A stretch of DNA of 47,498 nucleotides, taken from assembly GCA_011039385.1 (NCBI GenBank), contig DRBO01000023.1, positions 1-47,498 of the forward strand, written 5' to 3'. The position numbers and the translations under genes are program-made. Every line of letters begins with the position of its first letter. The stretch's first letter is position 1. This DNA is from Chloroflexota bacterium. Lineage in GTDB: Bacteria; Chloroflexota; Anaerolineae; Anaerolineales; UBA11858. Positions 38,764 through 47,498 of the stretch are shown piece by piece. Below the pieces are notes generated by a model. The model was not told where the DNA came from, did not search any database, and saw only the letters and a program-made list of their open reading frames with translations.

Positions 38764-39045
38764 ATGAAGAAAATGGAACCCCGCAAGTTATTCAGAAACT
38801 TGATTGTTGAGATCATCATTTACAGCCTGCTGATTTTCGGTTACTACCTGCTGGTTTTACGCTGGCTGGGGGAGTGGATTGCTTCCATCTTTAATTCTAA
38901 TTTGATTCTTTATGCCTGGGCCGGTTTGGGTTTGATCTTTGTCCAGGCTGTACTTTTGGATTTTGCCACCTCATTCTTGATGAAATTTATCAAACTGGAC
39001 CAGTTTGGTATCAGGAGGATCCTGGATGTATTTTCCGATCGCTGA
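38764..39045 (+). CDS. Small two-TM membrane protein
   Basis: 93 aa with two hydrophobic helices and GAGG SD; overlaps the start of the TauE gene. Confidence 0.7.
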   Translation: MKKMEPRKLFRNLIVEIIIYSLLIFGYYLLVLRWLGEWIASIFNSNLILYAWAGLGLIFVQAVLLDFATSFLMKFIKLDQFGIRRILDVFSDR

Positions 39046-39931
39046 TGTCACAGTAAACCCTATTTTGCTGATGAGTGTGGGCTTCCTGGTAGGGATCCTG
39101 GGCGGTTTCTTTGGCGTGGGAGGTGGGTTTCTGGCTGGTCCAATGATGTTCTGGACCGGCGTCCCGATGAATTTTGTGGTGGGAACCGATCTGGCCCATA
39201 TGACTGGAAAATCTATTGTCGCGGCTCGTCGCCATCGAACCCTGGGCCATGTTGACCTCAAGCTTGGCGCGTTCATGATTCTGGCGACCGTAGTCGGCGT
39301 GGAAATCGGAGCACGCATCATTGAAGCCCTGCAGGACACCGGTGCACTCGAGGTTAGCATTGGGGTTGCTTATATTGTCATCCTGGTGATCATCAGCGGG
39401 TTCACGGCCTGGGAAAGCGTCCGCGCTATCCAGATGGTTCGGACCGACCAGATAGCAGTGGAGGATGCGGTAGGGTTTAAGGGATTAGCCAAACGCATCC
39501 AGGCTGTGAGAATTCCTCCCATGATTTCCTTCCCTGTTTCAGGGATTGAAAGCATATCAATCTGGATAGTGCTGGGCGTTGGTTTCTTGACCGGGGTGTT
39601 GGCCGGTTGTTTGGGAGTGGGTGGGGGATTCATCCGGATGCCTATGCTGGTCTATGTATTGGGAGTGCCTACGCATGTGGCGGTAGGGACGGACTTGTTT
39701 GAGATCGTTTTTTCCTCTGGGTTTGGCACGATTACCCATGCCCTCAAAGGGAATGTTGATATATTGATGGCTCTTGTCATGCAGACTGGAGCGGCTATTG
39801 GTGCCCAGATTGGAGCATCGGCAACACGTTTTTTTGCTGGGCCGAGGATCCGACTGGCGTTTTCAGCCTTACCGCTGGTAGGGGCTGTGTTGGTTCTGGT
39901 GCGCTTGTTCAGCAGCGGAGCCCTTCATTAA
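39026..39931 (+). CDS. Sulfite exporter TauE/SafE (TSUP) family permease
   Basis: Duplicated GxxGVGGGF...P...VGTDL motifs. Start reassigned to ATG 39026 (SD AGGAGG). Confidence 0.92.
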   Translation: MYFPIADVTVNPILLMSVGFLVGILGGFFGVGGGFLAGPMMFWTGVPMNFVVGTDLAHMTGKSIVAARRHRTLGHVDLKLGAFMILATVVGVEIGARIIEALQDTGALEVSIGVAYIVILVIISGFTAWESVRAIQMVRTDQIAVEDAVGFKGLAKRIQAVRIPPMISFPVSGIESISIWIVLGVGFLTGVLAGCLGVGGGFIRMPMLVYVLGVPTHVAVGTDLFEIVFSSGFGTITHALKGNVDILMALVMQTGAAIGAQIGASATRFFAGPRIRLAFSALPLVGAVLVLVRLFSSGALH

Positions 39932-39948
39932 GGAGGTTGATTTCATTG

Positions 39949-40773
39949 ATGAAGATTCTAATTATTCTTGATAGTGAGAGTTATAACCATCCCCCGGTGT
40001 TGATGGGGAAGATCATTTCCAAGGCGGTTTCTGGCTCAGTCGATATCTTGGTAGTGGTGCCCAGGGGCGGACATCTTGAAAACGGTCAAGCGGTAGCGCA
40101 GCAGGCCTCCCTGGATCTGGGCGCGATTTCATCCCGGGTTTTGATCGAGGAAGGGGAAAACACGGTTGTGATCAAGCGGGTGCTTGAAAATCAAACCTAC
40201 CAGTTGGTAATCGTCAACGCGGATCGGATCTTGCGCCTGCGCAAAACTGTGGAAATAGACCCTCTCCTCATCAAGCAATCAGAAGTTTCGCTGCTGATCA
40301 CCCAGAATGCCAAACCGAAAATTGACCACATCCTGCTTTGCACCGCCTGCGGCGAAGATAATTATTCCATAGTTCATCAGGCTGCAGGTCTGGCAGCTGC
40401 TCTCGGCGCAGCTGTCACCATGCTGCATGTATGTGCGGGTGCTGTGCCAGCCATGTATACCGGTCTGGATCAGATCGACGAAACAGTGAAAGAACTGCTG
40501 CAAACGGATACATCCTACGCTCAATATTTGAGGAAAGGGGTGGAGATATTAAATGAAAACCAGACTGAGTCCGAAGTGAAAATCCGCCGGGGCATCCCAA
40601 TTGAGGAAGTCGTTAGAGAAACCCAAATCGGGAATTATGACCTGGTGGTGATTGGCTCCTCGGCCGTCACCCGGGGATTAAAGGAAATGCTGTTGGGAAA
40701 TCTGACCATCAAGATCATTGATCGCGTGGAACTGCCGATCCTAATTGTTGGCAGCAGGAAAATCGAGGGGTAA
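39949..40773 (+). CDS. Tandem-domain universal stress protein
   Basis: C-terminal USP motif G.PIEEVV...YDLVVIGS...LLGNLT...PILIV. Start is 39946 (TTG) or 39949 (ATG). Confidence 0.85.
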   Translation: MKILIILDSESYNHPPVLMGKIISKAVSGSVDILVVVPRGGHLENGQAVAQQASLDLGAISSRVLIEEGENTVVIKRVLENQTYQLVIVNADRILRLRKTVEIDPLLIKQSEVSLLITQNAKPKIDHILLCTACGEDNYSIVHQAAGLAAALGAAVTMLHVCAGAVPAMYTGLDQIDETVKELLQTDTSYAQYLRKGVEILNENQTESEVKIRRGIPIEEVVRETQIGNYDLVVIGSSAVTRGLKEMLLGNLTIKIIDRVELPILIVGSRKIEG

Positions 40774-40863
40774 ATCTATCAAGACCCCTCAGAGCTTGTT
40801 GTGGTATGATGAGTGTCGTTTTTATCAAAGCTGTCCTTGCCTGGCGAATGGATCTCCAGGTAG

Positions 40864-42624
<1,761 letters not shown>

Positions 42625-42693
42625 AGCAGGACCGGGGTCCATGAGGTCAGCCGCCAATTAATGGCAGCTGCCCTGTTCAGAGGAGTTACCAAG

Positions 42694-44733
42694 TTGAAAA
42701 ACAAGTCCTTGTTTATCGTACTGATCGGCCTGGGGGTGGTAGTCCTGGGCTTATCCTGCTTTGCTTGCGGTATCACAGCCTACGGTATCAACCTCTGGAT
42801 TCAGGAAGACGTGATTTTGGATGAGCTCCTGGTTAACGAACCTGTTGATGTGGAGGTTATCGTACCCACGCAGCTGTCTGGCAACCCGCCGGGATCGTCA
42901 GGTTATGTTCCTTCTTCAACTAATCCAACCTTGACCACGCTGTTGAACACAATTATCCCCATCAATGATCCCATTGATATCGCCCGCCGGCTGGAAGGCA
43001 AGGAAAATATCCAGCTTACTTTACCCGTGGAGAATTTGAATCGTCAAGCGGGTGAACAGGAAACCTTCTGGGTGACCAACACCGATACAGCTGAGAACTT
43101 CCAGATCGAAACCACACTCTCCGCGGTCACAGACCACCTGTATTTTTGGGTTGAGAATGGAGTGTTCTTCTCTCAGAAAGCACTTGATAATCTGGCAGCG
43201 GATTTTGAGAGTAATATTTATCCCACAAACCAGGAGTTCTTTGGCACAGAATGGTTCCCCGGTGTGGATGAGGACCCGCATATCTACGTGATCTACGCTG
43301 GTGGCCTGGGAGGGAATGTCGCCGGGTATTACAGCTCTGTGGATGAGTACATTCCCGAAGTGCACGAATTTTCGAACTCTCACGAAACCTTCATGCTCAA
43401 TGCGGACAATACTAGCTTATTGGACCCATATACTTATGGAGTTCTGGCGCATGAATTCCAGCATATGATCCACTGGTACCGGGATAAAAATGAAACTTCC
43501 TGGCTCAACGAGGGTTTTTCTGAACTGGCGACCTTGTTGACCGGGCATCGGGAAGGCCCTATACACGATTATTATTTTGCGGATGATCCGGATACCCAAT
43601 TGAATGATTGGCCCAATGACCCCAGCATGACCGTGCCGCATTATGGCAATGCTTTCCTGTTTGTCACTTATTTTATGGACCGGTTTGGAAGCGAAGCCAC
43701 CAAGGCATTGGTCGCGGAAGATCTGAATGGAATGCCAAGTGTGGACAAAGTACTAGCGGATCTATCCATCACTGATCCCGTGACGGGAAACCAGATCACA
43801 GCGAATGATGTTTTCCTGGATTGGGTGGTGACCAATATCCTCAATGATGCATACAACGTTACTGAAAGGTTCAAATACATCAGCTATCCGAACGCCCCTT
43901 ACTTCGACGTTACAGAGATCATTCACAATTGCTCCACCCGCGAAATGGCCCGGGATGTGCATCAATACGCGGCCGATTATGTTAAACTGGATTGCGACGG
44001 AAATTTCATCCTGCATTTTTCAGGGCAGGATTCGGTGAAACTGCTGCCGGAAGATCCTATCGAGGGCAGCCACGCCTTCTGGTCCAATAAAGGGGACCAT
44101 TCGAATATGCGCCTGACCCGTGGATTTGATTTCCGGGACGTTAGCGGCCCTATCACCTTCAATTACCAGACCTGGTATGACCTGGAAGAAGATTATGATT
44201 ACGTTTTCCTGGAAATATCCACCAATGGGGGCGATTGGCGGATCATCAGGACTCCGTCCAGCACGTCAGAAAACCCCTCCGGCAACAGTTATGGTTGGGG
44301 ATACAACGGTCTGTCTGGCGGAAGCGGAGTCTGGATCGAGGAATCTGTAGACCTTTCCGGTTATGCTGGAGAGCAAATCCAGATTCGCTTCGAATACATA
44401 ACCGATGCGGCAGTCCATGGGGAAGGGTTGCTGTTGGATTCAGTTAGTATTCCGGAAATCGGTTATTCTACCGGATTTGAAGAGGGTGACGGGGGCTGGT
44501 TCGCAGAGGGATTTGTCCGGGTTGAAAATTCTCTTCCCCAAACCTACCGCCTGGCATTGATTCACCTGGGACCTGAACCGCGGGTAGAATATCTGGCTTT
44601 GTCTGAGGGAAACGAACTGGAAATGGCGATCAATTCCGGAGATAACGGGAACCATCCAGTTGTCCTGGTCGTAACAGGCACTACCCGCTTTACCAGACAA
44701 AAAGCGAATTACTGGTTCCAGCTGAGTCAGTAA
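42694..44733 (+). CDS. Membrane-anchored zinc metalloprotease, immune-inhibitor-A-like (M6/M30-related)
   Basis: LAHEFQHMIH...WLNEG zinc motif; C-terminal WYDLEEDYDY...DLSGYAG..IRFEYITD beta-sandwich. Start likely TTG 42694 (SD GAGGAG). Confidence 0.85.
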   Translation: MKNKSLFIVLIGLGVVVLGLSCFACGITAYGINLWIQEDVILDELLVNEPVDVEVIVPTQLSGNPPGSSGYVPSSTNPTLTTLLNTIIPINDPIDIARRLEGKENIQLTLPVENLNRQAGEQETFWVTNTDTAENFQIETTLSAVTDHLYFWVENGVFFSQKALDNLAADFESNIYPTNQEFFGTEWFPGVDEDPHIYVIYAGGLGGNVAGYYSSVDEYIPEVHEFSNSHETFMLNADNTSLLDPYTYGVLAHEFQHMIHWYRDKNETSWLNEGFSELATLLTGHREGPIHDYYFADDPDTQLNDWPNDPSMTVPHYGNAFLFVTYFMDRFGSEATKALVAEDLNGMPSVDKVLADLSITDPVTGNQITANDVFLDWVVTNILNDAYNVTERFKYISYPNAPYFDVTEIIHNCSTREMARDVHQYAADYVKLDCDGNFILHFSGQDSVKLLPEDPIEGSHAFWSNKGDHSNMRLTRGFDFRDVSGPITFNYQTWYDLEEDYDYVFLEISTNGGDWRIIRTPSSTSENPSGNSYGWGYNGLSGGSGVWIEESVDLSGYAGEQIQIRFEYITDAAVHGEGLLLDSVSIPEIGYSTGFEEGDGGWFAEGFVRVENSLPQTYRLALIHLGPEPRVEYLALSEGNELEMAINSGDNGNHPVVLVVTGTTRFTRQKANYWFQLSQ

Positions 44734-44738
44734 TAATG

Positions 44739-44775
44739 AAAAATGACACCCCCCGCCTGTGCGGGGAGTGTCATT
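44739..44775. terminator. Terminator hairpin between convergent genes
   Basis: AATGACAC-c-CCCCGC / GCGGGG-a-GTGTCATT stem, with an A-run giving a U-tail on the minus strand. Confidence 0.8.
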
Positions 44776-44808
44776 GATGAGCCTGTCTTGAGTGGCGTTC
44801 CTGCGTTC

Positions 44809-45027
44809 TCAGGATTCCTGGGGATTGATGAAATCCTGCAGTTGACCTTCTAATTCGGATCTTTTTTGCTGGGCTGCTTCTTTGATCTCGATCTGGATAT
44901 TCTCAACACCTTTCCGGATCACAGAACGCATTTCATCGCCCGAATACGGGGCCAGTAACAGTGCGCCCAATCCGCCCAGCACACCTCCCAGGACGGCGCC
45001 AAATATAAAAGCCATTGCCTTTCTCAT
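44809..45027 (-). CDS. YtxH-like protein
   Basis: FIFGAVLGG..G..GALLLAPYSG.EMR signature. Start reassigned to ATG 45027 (72 aa). Confidence 0.85.
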   Translation of the reverse strand: MRKAMAFIFGAVLGGVLGGLGALLLAPYSGDEMRSVIRKGVENIQIEIKEAAQQKRSELEGQLQDFINPQES

Positions 45028-45106
45028 CCAACCCTCTCCTTTCAGTATTCTTATTATACAGGGTCTTTGATAAAATGGGTACAGGATAAAAAAAAGAGAG
45101 ATCGAT

Positions 45107-46105
45107 ATGATAGATCCGAAACTTCCCCTGGTAGATCTGCATCGGCACCTTGACGGAAGCATAAGGCTGGAAACCATCCTTAATCTAGCTGCCAAACATG
45201 ATATCCGGCTACCGGCGGATACACTCGAAGAGCTGCGGCCATACGTCCAGATCACTGAACCCCGGCCAGGCGTGATGGCATTCATCGAAAAATTCAAGTA
45301 TATGGTCGGCATACTGGCTGATTATGACGCCTGCCGGCAGGTCGCTTATGAAAATGTGGAAGATGCTTATCAGGAGGGGATAGATTATATAGAGCTGCGC
45401 TTCAGCCCCTATTTTATGGCGGAGTCCCATCAGCTGGACCCCGCTGGCGTTGTGGAATCCGTCCTGCAGGGCCTGCAGGACGGCCGCGAGGCATTTGATA
45501 TTGGGGTGAATGCCATTGGCATAATCAGCCGAACATACGGCCCGGACCAGGGCTGGGCTGAGCTGGAAGCCCTGCTGGCCTATCAAGACCAGATTACAGC
45601 CCTCGATCTGGCCGGTGATGAGGTCAATTACCCTGGAAGACTATTTGTGGATCATTTCCGGGAAGGACAGAAAGCCGGCTGGCATATCACGGTACATGCT
45701 GGCGAGGAGGATGGGCCAGACAGTATCTGGCAGGCGATAGAGGAGCTTGGCGCTGAGCGGATTGGCCACGGTGTGAGTGCGATCCAGGACCCTCTGTTAA
45801 TGGATTATCTGGTCGAACACAGGATTGGCGTGGAATCGAATTTAACCAGCAATCTGCAGACCAGGGTTGTTGATAGTTATCAGGATCACCCCCTCCGTAA
45901 ATTCCTTGAGGCTGGGATTCTGGCAACGATTAATACAGATGATCCAGGGATCAGTGCTATCGATCTGCATTTCGAATATGAACAGGCTGCCCCGGCCGCG
46001 GGGCTCAGCGAGGAGCTGATCACACGGGCGCAGCGGAATGCGCTGGAGGTGGCTTTTATCAGCCCGGAAGAGAGGGCTGGTTTGCTAGATAAGCAAGATC
46101 GTTAA
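45107..46105 (+). CDS. add: Adenosine deaminase
   Basis: DLHRHLDG, ELRFSP, DLAGDE, VHAGE, RIGHG and NTDDP motifs. Confidence 0.95.
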   Translation: MIDPKLPLVDLHRHLDGSIRLETILNLAAKHDIRLPADTLEELRPYVQITEPRPGVMAFIEKFKYMVGILADYDACRQVAYENVEDAYQEGIDYIELRFSPYFMAESHQLDPAGVVESVLQGLQDGREAFDIGVNAIGIISRTYGPDQGWAELEALLAYQDQITALDLAGDEVNYPGRLFVDHFREGQKAGWHITVHAGEEDGPDSIWQAIEELGAERIGHGVSAIQDPLLMDYLVEHRIGVESNLTSNLQTRVVDSYQDHPLRKFLEAGILATINTDDPGISAIDLHFEYEQAAPAAGLSEELITRAQRNALEVAFISPEERAGLLDKQDR

Positions 46106-46280
46106 GGCCATTCAAGTGTAATAAACATTCGCATAGAGGGAAATGTGACGTTTCAAGACCCGCCAAGGGATCTTCAGCTGGAACACCAAGCATCCTTCGG
46201 CATCGCCCAAATTCCCAGATCCGAGTGCGTTTTACCACCAGGGGGCGTCTTGTGGGGAAAATTGAAAAGGAAACGATCCC

Positions 46281-46946
46281 ATGGCAAAATTCAATCAATT
46301 GAGTGATCGTGAGTGGGAAATTATCCGACAGCTGCTGCAGGGTAAAAGCAATAAGCTAATTGCTTTGGCGCTTGGTGTTTCTATCAGCACAGTAGAATTC
46401 CATTTGAATAATATCTATGCAAAGTTGGAAGTAAGCTCCCGGCTGGAGCTGATCTTAGTACTATGGAAAGCCACAGGTAAAGTCGAAGTCGATGAACTAA
46501 GGTATTCCACAGTTGACAGGCTGGAAGATTTTGTTGAAAATGAAGATCAGTTCACTATCGACCAGTTGCGGGGACTGCGGGGTACTATGCGTTTATATCG
46601 ATTAGTTCTTATAATCTGTTTGCTAGCGACACTTTTGCCGCTTGGGATCCTGTTCTATACTGCCAGTTTCGTGCCAGGATCCATAATCATGTGGCGATCA
46701 ATATTCCTCTGGCTGCTCCCGTCAGCCGCAATCATATTTCTGCTTCTGCTTTTTCCCAGAACGGGTTTTCGAACACTTATTTTCATCGCTTACTTAATTT
46801 TTCTGCCCTTCCTCGCCATAACATTCTTTTTTAGATTAATAGGGCCATTGTGGCTCATCCCATACCTGGTTGGAGCAGGGGGAGTTCTTATTGCGGCAAG
46901 ATCCAGGAAAAGAGACCAGGATGCTAGCACGCTTGATGCCGATTAA
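46281..46946 (+). CDS. LuxR/GerE-type HTH fused to a C-terminal four-TM membrane domain
   Basis: LSDREWEII..LLQGKSNK.IA..L.VS..TVEFHL.NIYAKL.VSSR HTH at aa 7-60, a polar linker, then four hydrophobic segments from M103. Confidence 0.88.
   Translation: MAKFNQLSDREWEIIRQLLQGKSNKLIALALGVSISTVEFHLNNIYAKLEVSSRLELILVLWKATGKVEVDELRYSTVDRLEDFVENEDQFTIDQLRGLRGTMRLYRLVLIICLLATLLPLGILFYTASFVPGSIIMWRSIFLWLLPSAAIIFLLLLFPRTGFRTLIFIAYLIFLPFLAITFFFRLIGPLWLIPYLVGAGGVLIAARSRKRDQDASTLDAD
46461..46541 (+). promoter_or_regulatory. Intragenic lux-box-like operator pair plus sigma70 promoter
   Basis: CTATGG-AAAG-CCACAG (46461-46476) and CTAAGG-TATT-CCACAG (46497-46512). The second abuts TTGACA (46513-46518), then 17 bp and GAAAAT (46536-46541). 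Confidence 0.55.
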
Positions 46947-47330
46947 GCTGATAGTTCTCCGCTGGCTAGCATAATTAATGATCTGAACCTCAGTAAATTA
47001 CATCATCTCTTGAAATTTCTATCGGCCCTGTTGAATTTTAACTGAAAGATATCTATGCCCTGGAACAGCCATGTTCCAGGATTGGGTTTGTTTTAGCGAC
47101 CACAGTTACAGTTGCTGTATACACATACTTTCTGTTTCTATCACTTTCCGGCATAGCTATTGACCCAATCCTTTGGTATTTTTCCTGTCACCTCCCCACG
47201 GGGGTTTGTATCATAAACATAAATTTGTGTTTCATGCTTTATTTCTAAAAGTTCAGGGATTTTTTCCGGGGCAGGATAAGAACCGCAGGCATAAACTCAC
47301 TATTCCTATCCAATTTTAATAACGTAATAT

Positions 47331-47366
47331 TTCCATACCACTCCGCGAACATAGAGTGGTATGGAA
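47331..47366. terminator. Orphan perfect hairpin (possible terminator)
   Basis: 13-bp inverted repeat TTCCATACCACTC / GAGTGGTATGGAA with a 10-nt loop. Confidence 0.5.
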
Positions 47367-47498
47367 CCTTGTCAAAACAAGAAAATTCACAGCTTACAAC
47401 ACGGGTAATTATTTCTTTGAGGAAACTGAGCCAACCTCAAGTAGTCAAGCTTGATAGGGTTAATTGCAGTACACTATATAAAGAGTAAAATTGCTCCA

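Noticed and set aside
45028-45312. N-terminal extension of the YtxH ORF
   Set aside because: It is antisense to adenosine deaminase; the YtxH signature starts at ATG 45027.

Overview
Gene-dense bacterial chromosomal segment, most likely from a Chloroflexota/Anaerolineae genome. This is inferred from Pro/Thr-rich lipoprotein linkers, an NBR1-Ig lipoprotein and a GAAC-N4-GTTC-type SOS box, and is not verified. From left to right: a decayed LacI-type sensor-domain remnant, a DUF1152 gene and a BMP-family nucleoside ABC transporter; a YtrA-type GntR/SPFH operon with a clear operator; a Cys-rich Fe-S protein; recA with a LexA box, followed by an NBR1-Ig lipoprotein and YbaK; M23 and TolB-like envelope proteins, RsmF and two DegV genes; tRNA-Arg(GCG); a candidate ~90-nt anti-SD sRNA; HtrA; TPR-SLT, nth, asparaginase II, a degenerate MBL protein and a GAF-GAF-PAS kinase; divergent holB/pcrA; tsaE-tsaB-udg; nucleotide-sugar genes (including gmd and fcl) followed by TauE-USP-sat/cysC; an InhA-like protease, YtxH, adenosine deaminase and a LuxR-HTH/membrane fusion. 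No integrase, transposase, CRISPR array or rRNA was seen. The most striking unexplained structure lies inside the LuxR-fusion gene: two lux-box-like palindromes (CT-N12-AG), the second abutting a TTGACA-N17-GAAAAT promoter, sit in the coding linker just upstream of an in-frame ATG. This suggests a gene that activates expression of its own C-terminal membrane domain. All calls were made by eye from motifs, without database searches.
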